DNA of 64,000 nucleotides from Clostridia bacterium (GCA_050950825.1 JBMNIH010000009.1:160001-224000), one strand, 5' to 3'. Shown: positions 41,514-50,880, counted from the stretch's first letter. Notes: generated from the sequence alone by a model not told the origin. Numbers and translations: made by a program.

Positions 41514-42349
41514 TAAAAGAATTTCTGTTTAAAACCGGTGCCGTAATGGTAAGCAACCACACGGAGCCTTTTTGGTATGCATCCGGAACCTTCGGACCCT
41601 TTTTTATTAATACACATTACTTGTTCGGTTCGGAAACCGAAGCGAAAGCTTTTTTAAATATTATCGACCGTTATGTTTCCGATAAAGATACCGCTCCTTC
41701 GCTCTTTTGTAAAATAGTTAAACAGCAATACGAAAAAAGCCGAATATACAAGAAGGTCATCGACACGTTGATCCGATCCATATCGGATCGTCCTGAAATT
41801 GAGAAAATCGATTATATTTCCGGCGGTGAAAGAAGAGATTGGTTCTTTTCCTATATAACGGCCATTCTTTTGGACAAGCCCCACATAACCCTGTTCAAGG
41901 ATTTGAGCAGCAACGTTATTTACAAAGATACCGTCACGGAAACTCCGGATTTGTCCGGCAAGAGAATTATTCATATCTGCGATTTGGTAACACTGGCTTC
42001 AAGCTATATCAAGTCTTGGATTCCGGCATTGGAAAAATACAACGGAAAACTTCAAGAAACCTTTACGATCGTGGACCGATGCCAAGGAGGAAAAGACATT
42101 CTTGCACAACAGGGAATACGATTGCATTCTTTGGCGGACATCGATGAAAATCTTTTTATCGAAGCAAAAAACCAATTCATCATCAACGCGGAACAGCTGG
42201 ATATGGTTTTGTCTTTTATAAAGGATCCCGATCAATTCATGCAGGATTTTATTCGCCGAAACCCCGAGTTTTTGTCCCGATCCGTTGAAAAAGGGGGAAA
42301 GGATAAGGAACGGGCGGAAGCGTTTATGAAACAATTTTACAAAAGATAG
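41510..42349 (+). CDS. Orotate-phosphoribosyltransferase-like (type I PRTase) protein
   Basis: PFWYASG, variant PRPP loop ICDLVTLASS, IVDR; ATGA overlap with recG. Confidence 0.65.
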   Translation: MIKEFLFKTGAVMVSNHTEPFWYASGTFGPFFINTHYLFGSETEAKAFLNIIDRYVSDKDTAPSLFCKIVKQQYEKSRIYKKVIDTLIRSISDRPEIEKIDYISGGERRDWFFSYITAILLDKPHITLFKDLSSNVIYKDTVTETPDLSGKRIIHICDLVTLASSYIKSWIPALEKYNGKLQETFTIVDRCQGGKDILAQQGIRLHSLADIDENLFIEAKNQFIINAEQLDMVLSFIKDPDQFMQDFIRRNPEFLSRSVEKGGKDKERAEAFMKQFYKR

Positions 42350-42396
42350 TGATTTGTCGGCTTTGGGCTGCAGATCACGGAAAGAGAGTTTTGATC

Positions 42397-43062
42397 ATGC
42401 ACCAAGGACACAGAGAACGAGTCAGAGAACGTTTTTTAAAAGAAGGGTTGGATTCTTTTCAACCCCATGAAGTTTTGGAATTTTTATTGTTTTATTGCAT
42501 TCCCCGTAGGGATACCAATGAAATTGCTCATCGATTGATAAATGAATTCGGTTGCCTATCCAACGTATTGGAAGCTCCCGTAGAAAAACTGGCGGAAGTA
42601 AAGGGAATATCAAAAAATACGGCGGTTCTTTTATCGATGCTGCCGCATCTTTCACGTTATTATCTAAAAGATCGATGGGGACAAAGACCGGTTTTAAACA
42701 GCTCCCGAAAAGCCGGACAGTATGCGGCGGCGCTTTTAACCGGCAAAAGCTACGAGGAGTTTCTCGTGATATGTTTGGATTCCCAAAACAAGGTCATTCA
42801 AGTGGAAAATATACATAAAGGTACGGTTAATGAGGCGGTGGTTTATCCTCGTCTGGTTTTGGAAACGGCATTGAAGTACAAGGCCAACAGCGTCATATTC
42901 GCTCATAATCATCCCGGCGGCAGCTTAAAACCGTCCTCCGCCGATATCGAATTGACGGCAAAACTGAAGCATTTGCTCAACGGGATCTCCATTCGTGTAA
43001 ACGACCACATTATTGCAGCCGGTACCGAATTTTTCAGCTTTGCGGAAAACGGAATGATTTAA
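42397..43062 (+). CDS. radC: RadC (JAB/UPF0758) protein
   Basis: GHRERVRERF, HhH, GTVNE.VYPR, AHNHPGG..PS.AD, DHII. Confidence 0.93.
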   Translation: MHQGHRERVRERFLKEGLDSFQPHEVLEFLLFYCIPRRDTNEIAHRLINEFGCLSNVLEAPVEKLAEVKGISKNTAVLLSMLPHLSRYYLKDRWGQRPVLNSSRKAGQYAAALLTGKSYEEFLVICLDSQNKVIQVENIHKGTVNEAVVYPRLVLETALKYKANSVIFAHNHPGGSLKPSSADIELTAKLKHLLNGISIRVNDHIIAAGTEFFSFAENGMI

Positions 43063-43095
43063 CCTGAATGTAACCTGAAAGGAACGTGGCTTCTG

Positions 43096-43123
43096 TTGAG
43101 TTCTTTTTTTTCTATGCTATAAT
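43096..43123 (+). promoter_or_regulatory. Sigma-A promoter immediately left of the IS
   Basis: TTGAGT (43096-101), 16 bp, TATAAT (43118-23) with extended TG. Confidence 0.55.
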
Positions 43124-43286
43124 CAAAGCATAGTCCAAACGGACGAATGGCCTAGTTGCTACTTTAAGGAGCATTCCTGTAGTGAAATAAAATGAACTTT
43201 GAAAAAGAAGATGCCGTACTGTAGAATTTGAAATGTGAGTTGCACAACATGTAACCACAAATCAAAATCAACAGGAGGCATCTACA

Positions 43287-44570
43287 ATGAAGTATACCCA
43301 AAATGAAAGAATAATGCAAATAACAGAAAAAACATTGATTGTTGGAATTGATGTTGGAAGCGAAACACATTACGCCCGAGCATTCAATTTCAGAGGATTG
43401 GAATACGGAAAGCTATTGAAATTCAATAATGACGCGGAAGGGTTTTCAAGGTTTGAAGATTGGGTCAGGAAACTAGTCAATAACAATGGATTCAAGGATG
43501 TGACGATAGGTATGGAGCCCACCGGGCACTATTGGTTCAACCTTGGAGAATATATCGAAAGACAAAGCGGTATGAGGATCGCGTTGGTTAATCCTCACCA
43601 TGTAAAGAAAAGCAAGGAATTGGATGACAATAACCCGAGTAAAACCGACCGAAAAGATCCGAAAACCATCGCCATGCTGATTAAAGACGGCAGATATATA
43701 GAACCCTATCTACCGGAAGGGGTATACAAGGAATTGCGAACGGCTATGGACAGCCGTTGGCGAATTATGAAGGAGCTTTCCGCAATCAAGAATAGGATTA
43801 GCCGATGGCTTTGCATATACTTTCCCGAATTGACGAAGGTGTTTAAGGATTGGGAAGGGAAAGCGGCGATCCTCGTATTGAAAGAGTACGCGACACCGAC
43901 GAAGATAAAAGAGAAGGGTATTGACGGAATCATAGCCGTTTGGAAGGAACACAAGATACGAGCAGTCGGAAGAAACAGGGCAAAGATGCTGTTGGAGGCA
44001 GCCGTCTCGTCCGTAGGAACGACGGAAGGGCTAATTTCCGCCGAGTATGAGTTGGAAATGCTGCTTGAAGATTATGAAAGCAAAAAACGCCAATATGATA
44101 AAACAATGGAGTTAGTCGAAAGATTGACGAAAGAAATACCGGGGTTTGAGAAATTGCTTGAAATCAAGGGAATAGGACTTGTTACGGCGGCAGGATTCAT
44201 AGCGGAAATAGGTGACATAAAGCGTTTTTCGCATCCGAAACAGATACAAAAGTTGGCAGGACTAAGTCTGAAAGAGAACAGCTCCGGGAAACATAAAGGC
44301 AAGACCACCATATGCAAGCGAGGGAGAAAACGACTGCGATATTATCTGACATTTGGGATGATGCCGTTGTTATCCAAGAATGAGGAATTTAGAGCTCTGC
44401 ACGAGTATTACACAAGCCGGAAGGAAAATCCGCTGAAGAAGATGCAATCTTTGGTTGCATTGAGTAACAAACTGATTCGGATTTTTTATGCGATACTGAC
44501 GAAAAACGTAGCGTACGATCCGCAAAAGATGATGAGCGATATAAGAAGACCTGAAACCAAAGCTGCATAA
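43287..44570 (+). CDS. IS110-family DEDD recombinase/transposase
   Basis: IVGIDVGS, GMEPTGHYW, VNP, KTDRKDP (RuvC DEDD), GIG, EIGDIKRF, LAGL, ENSSGK (catalytic Ser), RGRKRLR; intact. Confidence 0.95.
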   Translation: MKYTQNERIMQITEKTLIVGIDVGSETHYARAFNFRGLEYGKLLKFNNDAEGFSRFEDWVRKLVNNNGFKDVTIGMEPTGHYWFNLGEYIERQSGMRIALVNPHHVKKSKELDDNNPSKTDRKDPKTIAMLIKDGRYIEPYLPEGVYKELRTAMDSRWRIMKELSAIKNRISRWLCIYFPELTKVFKDWEGKAAILVLKEYATPTKIKEKGIDGIIAVWKEHKIRAVGRNRAKMLLEAAVSSVGTTEGLISAEYELEMLLEDYESKKRQYDKTMELVERLTKEIPGFEKLLEIKGIGLVTAAGFIAEIGDIKRFSHPKQIQKLAGLSLKENSSGKHKGKTTICKRGRKRLRYYLTFGMMPLLSKNEEFRALHEYYTSRKENPLKKMQSLVALSNKLIRIFYAILTKNVAYDPQKMMSDIRRPETKAA

Positions 44571-44694
44571 CTTACACCGCTTATGGAAGGATACATTGCT
44601 CTCGTAAGACGGTCAAGGGCAAGACTGCGTTCGGCTTGCGCCGACCCTTGACAGTCTTCCTCGAGCAATGACGGAAGTAACTAAGCGGTGCAAG
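44571..44694. repeat. Long imperfect palindrome directly after the transposase stop
   Basis: Nested arms CACCGCTTA/TAAGCGGTG, CATTGCTC/GAGCAATG, AAGACGGTCAAGGG/CCCTTGACAGTCTT. Confidence 0.8.
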
Positions 44695-44754
44695 GGGACA
44701 GAGTAAAACTCAAGTTTTCACTATTCATTCATTATAGATTGAACATTGACAAGA

Positions 44755-44900
44755 AGAGCCGGATAGTCGGGATGAATTTTCACCATAAGGGCAATGACCC
44801 CGTGAAGGAGCTTGACTGACATCCACCTCCATGGGCAGGCAGAACGAAGGAATTAAGGGCTATGACCCCGTTAGACATGGGAGGGTTGCCACCGGAGAAT
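44755..44900 (+). ncRNA. Candidate IS110 bridge/seek RNA
   Basis: Two copies of TAAGGGC(A/T)ATGACCCCGT (44786-803, 44854-871), stem CCTCCATG/CATGGGAGG, short matches to target and donor ends. Extent is approximate. Confidence 0.55.
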
Positions 44901-45130
44901 GTGTGGATACTAATGGCCGTAAAACAGCAAAACGACGCAGGTTTAATTAGTATGCACTATGGAATCCATAATTATGCAACAATGTATTGTCTGTCCATGT
45001 GGCTCATCTTGAAAAATGAGAAAATCTAAGAATGAGTGAGATATTCAAAGAAAATCAAAGTATTATTAGGGAGGTGAAGAGGGTTCTTTTACGCATGTTT
45101 CATTTGCGTTTCGTTTGAGCCCTCGGATTT

Positions 45131-46432
45131 ATGAAAATTGGAATAGCTGAAGGGAATATTAGAACGCCAATCGGGATGCAAATGACCGGATATGCCGGGA
45201 GAGTATTCGGAGCCATGGATATCCATGATCAATTAAAGATGAGCGCCTTGTACATCGAATCGGAAGGTGTCGAATCCATGATTATCGTTTGTCAAGTGTT
45301 AGGCTTCGACCCTGATTTTTCTCGTGTTACCGAAGCAAAGATCTGTCAAGCCATAAATATACCGGAGACCAATCTGATCTTAGGTGCCATACATACCCAC
45401 GGCGGTCCGGCATCGGGAACCTTGTACGGATGCGGTTGTGCGGATCCGGTATGGTTGGAGCAAACGCAGCAGGACTTGATTGATCTTGCGAAAAAAGCGG
45501 TGGCAAACTCCTTTGACGGCTACTTTGAATATGCGTCCGGCACATGTGAAATTGCATTGAATCGCGTTGCCATGAGCAAATATCCGAATTACATGGATAT
45601 GATCGACAAGGAAACGGCCGTTGTGAAGTTTTATGAAACCGCTACCGGACAATTGAAAGCCGTTTTCTTAAACTACGGATGCCATCCGGTTGTTTTAAAC
45701 CACAAAAACCATTTATACACCGCCGATTATGTATATTACGCCATTAAAAAACTGCAGGAAGCATACGGAGAAGACGTAGCCGTTATATTTTCCACCGGAT
45801 GCTGCGGAGATTTAAATCCCCGTTATCGCTTTACCTTTGAAATGGCAGAGAAAACGGGTAACCTGTTAGCCGATTCGGTTGTCTCCGCAAAAAAGATATT
45901 TACAAACCGCCAAGCCCAAATCAAATGCCATGCCAAGCAATTGGTCATACCCTTGGTGATTGACTACACTTACGATGATTTGGCGGAATTTAAGAAAAAA
46001 GCGCTTGCCGAGGTCGAAAGACTTACCGAGCAAAACTACAACGAAAACTTCATTATGATTCAAGTGGAAGCCGTTAAAGCATTATGGGCGGAATTATGTA
46101 TGAAAGGTTTTGAATCCGGAGATTTGAAAACAACGATTTATCCCATGATCAAGGTTCTGCAGATCGGAGATTTGAGCTTTATAGCGCTGCCTTTTGAAGT
46201 CTTTCATGAATTGGGGTTGAAAATAAAGGGGTTGTTTAATCGAGCCGGCCGTTCCATTGTCATGGGATATTCCAACGGTGTATACGGTTATTTGCCATAC
46301 GGTGAGCTCTATGAAAAAGCAAGCTACGAAGCGAAAACCGCATTCCGTTATTACGGTTATCCCGGTCCCGTATGCAAAGAAGCCGGAGATATTATTTACA
46401 AGTATTTAGAGGAAATAGTGGATACCAACTAA
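45131..46432 (+). CDS. Neutral/alkaline ceramidase-superfamily (N-terminal domain) hydrolase
   Basis: MTGY, IHDQL, AIHTHGGP, NR, NYGCHP, TADY, GCCGDLNP, PFEVF, GYSNG..GYLP. Confidence 0.75.
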   Translation: MKIGIAEGNIRTPIGMQMTGYAGRVFGAMDIHDQLKMSALYIESEGVESMIIVCQVLGFDPDFSRVTEAKICQAINIPETNLILGAIHTHGGPASGTLYGCGCADPVWLEQTQQDLIDLAKKAVANSFDGYFEYASGTCEIALNRVAMSKYPNYMDMIDKETAVVKFYETATGQLKAVFLNYGCHPVVLNHKNHLYTADYVYYAIKKLQEAYGEDVAVIFSTGCCGDLNPRYRFTFEMAEKTGNLLADSVVSAKKIFTNRQAQIKCHAKQLVIPLVIDYTYDDLAEFKKKALAEVERLTEQNYNENFIMIQVEAVKALWAELCMKGFESGDLKTTIYPMIKVLQIGDLSFIALPFEVFHELGLKIKGLFNRAGRSIVMGYSNGVYGYLPYGELYEKASYEAKTAFRYYGYPGPVCKEAGDIIYKYLEEIVDTN

Positions 46433-46473
46433 AAAAATGTAACTAAAATCGACAAAATACAACCGAAACATCA

Positions 46474-46532
46474 AAAGCGGGTCTTTTCAATATTCTGCCG
46501 TGATACAATGGCGTCATGAAAAGACCCGCTTT
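46474..46532. repeat. Perfect 16-bp inverted repeat overlapping the comEC start codon
   Basis: AAAGCGGGTCTTTTCA (46474-89) / TGAAAAGACCCGCTTT (46517-32). Confidence 0.85.
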
Positions 46533-48807
46533 GTTTCTATTGATCGGATACATATCCGGCATACTGATATACGTCAATAGGAAATCCTTTGCCGTTTATT
46601 TAATACTCTTTTTGTTTTGGCTTATCGTTATTTTCGATACGAAGCCTGAAAAAAGAATCCGCGTTTTAATCTTCATGGTTATTCCGTTGGTGATAGGCTT
46701 CATATACTCCGCTTATACCTTCCGGAGGCTTTATCCCGACAATTTAAATCAATATGACGGCAGGTATACGGAAGGATACGCCGTCGTAAAAAATATCAAA
46801 GAAAAAAGCGAAACGAATTTGATTATTGCAAAGGTTAAAAGCATGGAAGAAGCAACCATGAATGTGACCGTCACCATGGAGGTTCCGAAAGATGAGGATG
46901 TTTTACCGGGCGATCTTATTCGGTTTTACGGAACGCTTTCCATCCCTACAGGACAAAGAAATCCGGGTAACTTCAATTCCCTTCACTATATGGCAAGCAA
47001 AAAGCACGGTGCAAAAATCAACGGCGGGGGATTGATTGTCATGCAAAAAAGCTTTAAAAAAAGACCGATTATAAAAGGGGCGATTGCCGTCCGAAGAATG
47101 ATTCTTACACGTATAGAAAAAATATATCCCGAAAAACATGCCGCTTTATTGTCCGGTATGACCATCGGATATACGGAGAATATGGATGATAACACCAAAG
47201 AAGCATTTTCTTTGTCCGGGATATCCCATATTATTGCAGTGTCGGGAGCACATGTAGCCTTTATTGCGATTCCTTTTCTTTTCGTTTTTAAAAGATTGGG
47301 CTTGAATATTTTTGTTTCGAACCTTTTATTTCTTCCGATTTTGTTTTTCTATGCTTTTGTCACCGGGTTGGAAGCATCCGTCGTAAGAGCGGTTGTGATG
47401 GCCGGAATCGGCTTTTTAGGAACACCTCTTTTGCGAAAACCCGATATTTTAAACACCTTGTGCGTAAGCTGCATTCTTTTACTTTTGTACGACCCCTTTA
47501 TGCTATTAGGCGTAGGCTTTATGCTTTCTTACGGCGCTACTTTAGGAATCGTTTTGATTTTACCGAAACTACGTGTTTTAAAACTATTTGTCAAGCTGCA
47601 GGGCGGCACTACCGATATTTTTCTAAGCTCCTTTGCCGCCACCGCAGCCATTCTTCCTATCACCGTCAAATATTTCTACATGTTCACCCCTTATTCTTTA
47701 ATCGCCAACATGCTTATCATTCCTTTTACCGCCATTATAACCGTATGCGGGTTGCTGTCCGTGTTTCTTCCTTTGTTTTTAGGAAATATCATCGCTTATC
47801 CCGTTACGGCTATGTTGGAATTTATTATGAGAATAACCCGAGGGATATCGGAGCTCCCCGGGGCTAAGCTGCTTATGAACATTCCTTCGGATTACCAAAT
47901 AGCCGTTTACTATATGATCCTTTACTATCTTTTGACGAAAAAGGAGCGCAAGCAAAAAATCAAACCTAAAAGAATAATTCTTGTTGCCGTTGTCATTCTG
48001 TCCGTTGTTCATGTTTCTCTTTTTTACTTCGATCGAACGCAGGTAACCTTTATCGACGTCGGACAAGGAGACGCAATTTATATTAAAACGGCAAGCAACA
48101 AAGTGTTCTTGGTTGACGGGGGAGGCAGTGCAACTTATGATGTAGGTCAAAACATTGTGATTCCTTTTTTACTTTCCCGGCATGCGAAAAAAATCGACGG
48201 GTTGTTTTCAACTCATAATGACATTGACCATATCGGCGGATTGGTTGAAGTTGCACGTCATCTCACGGTGAAAAACGCCTATTTGCCTTACTATTACCGG
48301 CAATCCGAAAGCGAAAGCGTTCAATCCGTTATACAAAACAGTTTGAATGTTACCTATTTATATGCCGGTCAAATCGTCCGGATCGATAAAGACACATCCA
48401 TAAAGGTTCTATGGCCGCCGGTTACGGTGAATCCTTCCGATTCAAGCAACCATTTGTCGTTGGTTCTTTTGTTTCAATACAAGAAGTTTAAGGTTTTGTT
48501 AACCGGAGATTTGGATGAAGAAGGAATAAGAAGGATGTTGTCCGATTATTCGAAGCCCTATTGTACGGCTTTAAAAATACCTCACCACGGCGGTAATAAT
48601 TTGGAAATGGAAACTCTTATCAAACATTCCGCTCCGGATTTGGCCGTCATTTCGGTAGGAAAAAACAATCGATACGGTCATCCCGCTCCAAGCGTTCTTG
48701 ATGTATTGGATCGGTACGGTATACCGGTTTTGAGAACGGACCAAAGCGGCGCTATTACCATTGTCACAAACGGAGCTTCTTATTCAATTAGAAAATATTT
48801 GAATTGA
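46516..48807 (+). CDS. comEC: DNA uptake channel ComEC/Rec2
   Basis: RNPGNF, SHIIAVSGAHV, SVVRA, GFMLSY, DVGQGD, THNDIDHIGG, LTGD, PHHG, NRYGHP, RTD. Confidence 0.95.
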   Translation: MKRPALFLLIGYISGILIYVNRKSFAVYLILFLFWLIVIFDTKPEKRIRVLIFMVIPLVIGFIYSAYTFRRLYPDNLNQYDGRYTEGYAVVKNIKEKSETNLIIAKVKSMEEATMNVTVTMEVPKDEDVLPGDLIRFYGTLSIPTGQRNPGNFNSLHYMASKKHGAKINGGGLIVMQKSFKKRPIIKGAIAVRRMILTRIEKIYPEKHAALLSGMTIGYTENMDDNTKEAFSLSGISHIIAVSGAHVAFIAIPFLFVFKRLGLNIFVSNLLFLPILFFYAFVTGLEASVVRAVVMAGIGFLGTPLLRKPDILNTLCVSCILLLLYDPFMLLGVGFMLSYGATLGIVLILPKLRVLKLFVKLQGGTTDIFLSSFAATAAILPITVKYFYMFTPYSLIANMLIIPFTAIITVCGLLSVFLPLFLGNIIAYPVTAMLEFIMRITRGISELPGAKLLMNIPSDYQIAVYYMILYYLLTKKERKQKIKPKRIILVAVVILSVVHVSLFYFDRTQVTFIDVGQGDAIYIKTASNKVFLVDGGGSATYDVGQNIVIPFLLSRHAKKIDGLFSTHNDIDHIGGLVEVARHLTVKNAYLPYYYRQSESESVQSVIQNSLNVTYLYAGQIVRIDKDTSIKVLWPPVTVNPSDSSNHLSLVLLFQYKKFKVLLTGDLDEEGIRRMLSDYSKPYCTALKIPHHGGNNLEMETLIKHSAPDLAVISVGKNNRYGHPAPSVLDVLDRYGIPVLRTDQSGAITIVTNGASYSIRKYLN

Positions 48808-48874
48808 CCAAATAACTTTAATTATAAGCCCATATGATATACTTTTAGTAAAGAGAATATATTAAAAGAAAGTA

Positions 48875-50375
48875 TTGTTAGACGGGCCGATTTTGCACAA
48901 ATGTTATTGCCCTGCATGCAGCAAAGAATTCAAGGCCGTATACGGAAAACCGATAACCGAAACTTCCTATGGCGAGCATTTAAGTTCCAATGTTGACGGG
49001 ATAACGGATTTTATGAAAGAAATTTACGGTATTGTAAAGTCCGTAAACCCCGAACTCATGCTGTACATTAACAACTCGGCACTTCGGGCGGATGTTACCG
49101 GCAGCAATACGCGAAAAGTGGAGCCCTATGTGGATACAGTGATTTTTATTGCGGGTGACTACAAACCCCGGTCCTTCTATATGCATACCTACCATGAAAC
49201 GAAGCTGTATTATGCCCAATCGTTGGCTAACGGAGCAAATGTATGGTATGGAATACAAGGTCCCTTTGACCAAATGAATACCGAGGGCGGAAAAGCGGCA
49301 ATCGAAATGAATGCATTCATCAACAAGCACAAGGATATCTTTGCAGGCTCTAAAGAACAATCATGAGTTGCGCTCATGTGGCCGCAGGACAGTGCGAATT
49401 ATTACTCGTCCGGTGTCATCAAAACCGATTTTACCGAAGCCGGTCAAATAGGAACGAAAAAAGCGGTATGCAGCAACCATTACAAAGCGTTTATGGGCTA
49501 CTACGAGGTTTTACAGCGCAGCCATATCCGGCACAGCATTATCGATGAGGACAGTATATTAAACGATGATCTTTCAAAATATGATTTGCTGATTTTGCCT
49601 GTCTGTGCTTGCATGAGAGATGAGGTAGCGAATAAAATTCGCGACTTTGTTGCAAAGGGCGGTAATTTGATATCCGAATTCGATACGGGATATTACAACG
49701 AATACGGAACAAAATCCGACGCTTTAAAGCTTGCGGTCATTCAAGGCATTGAAAAAGTCAACGGGTTTGTCGAGTACACGAACGGTATCGGAACAGGTTA
49801 TCAACGGGTAACCGATGAATGTGCCGTAACCGAAGGATTAAGCCGGAAGTATACGCCGGCACCGGTTCTTGCCGGATGTTATGCCGAACAAAAATGCTGC
49901 GGTTCATGCCGAATACTGCATCCCGATGGCAAGTCGCTATACGGAGATTCCGAAAGATTCTTATCCTTCGGTAATAAGTAACAAATACGGTAAAGGCGGA
50001 AGTATATACTTTTCGGTGCTCTCGGAGAGTTTTATAACGGAATGACAAATCCCGATCATAAGCAAATGATTAAAAATGCGGTATGTGATTTGGCGGATCC
50101 TTTGGTTTCGACTAATGCACCGGGGAGCGTTGAGGTTGTGCTTCGAAAACAAAACGACAGATTCCTTTTGCATATTATCAATATGACGGGAGAACCGGAG
50201 CGTCCGATTAAAAAGCTTACCCCCGTAAGAATATTCAATTTTCGCTAACACTTGATACGGATGTCACATCCGTGAAAACGGTTTCCGGTCAACATGTTGC
50301 TGACGTATCCAAAACCGAAAACGGTATAGAATTCATGTTACTGAGGTTTCGAATTATGAAATCATGCTCATTGAC
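48875..50375 (+). pseudogene. Degraded glycoside-hydrolase-like gene (beta-galactosidase trimerisation domain)
   Basis: No plausible start; CYCPAC motif; in-frame TGA at 49364-66; frame changes near ~49875, ~50015 and ~50235; 'YDLLILP...FVAKGGNL', 'LLHIIN'. Confidence 0.75.
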
Positions 50376-50581
50376 TGACATGACGGTTTTCTTCTTAATT
50401 TATGGATATCGACATTTGTGCAGGCATGAATTTTGCGACGTTTCGCCCGGAAGCAAGCCCGGATACTGCTAAAAAATTCTGCAAAAGTGTTGCAATTTTA
50501 AAAAAGGCATGTTATACTGAACTGCGTGTCTACGATAGACTTAATTTTACATAGAATCCTTGTCAGTAGGAGGTGAATCAA

Positions 50582-50845
50582 TTGGCAAATATTAAATCAT
50601 CTATTAAGAGCATTAAGAAAACCGAAGTTCAAACGTTAAGAAACCGGTCTATAAAATCAGCTATGAAAACCGCATGCAAGAAGGCGATTCAGGCCATTAA
50701 TGATAAAACCGCTAACGCGGAAGAGTTATATAAGACGGCAATCATCGCTCTTGATAAAGCTGCGACCAAGAACGTTATTCATAAGAATGCTGCTGCTAGG
50801 AAAAAATCACAATTAACGAAAGCTTTCAATTCAATGAATGCATGA
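50582..50845 (+). CDS. rpsT: 30S ribosomal protein S20
   Basis: TTG start ANIKSSIK, RNRSIKS, DKAA, IHKNAAARKKS; SD GGAGGTG; promoter TTGCAA...TATACT at ~50490-50518. Confidence 0.96.
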   Translation: MANIKSSIKSIKKTEVQTLRNRSIKSAMKTACKKAIQAINDKTANAEELYKTAIIALDKAATKNVIHKNAAARKKSQLTKAFNSMNA

Positions 50846-50880
50846 TAAAAGACCGGGCAACCCCGGTTTTTATTATTTTA
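50845..50880. terminator. Bidirectional terminator rpsT/holA
   Basis: ATAAAAGACCGGG-CAAC-CCCGGTTTTTAT. Confidence 0.7.

Larger units (their letters stand above)
43132..45073 (+). mobile_element. IS110-family insertion sequence with long 3' non-coding end
   Basis: Transposase plus ~155-nt left end and ~500-nt right end; no terminal inverted repeats; inferred AG core at both junctions (gcatAG|tccaaacgg ... ttagggAG|gtgaag). Boundaries are inferred. Confidence 0.75.

Noticed and set aside
44786-44871. Two 18-nt direct repeats as a mini-CRISPR
   Set aside because: Only two short copies, inside an IS end, with no cas genes.
43121-45060. AATCAAAG 8-mer at 43121-28 and 45053-60 as a target-site duplication
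   Set aside because: IS110 elements do not typically make long TSDs, and an A-rich 8-mer arises easily by chance. The AG-core boundary fits the candidate guides better. Not fully excluded without an empty allele.
49364-49366. In-frame TGA as selenocysteine or read-through
   Set aside because: Not in a Cys-type motif, and the same gene has further frameshifts and a truncation.
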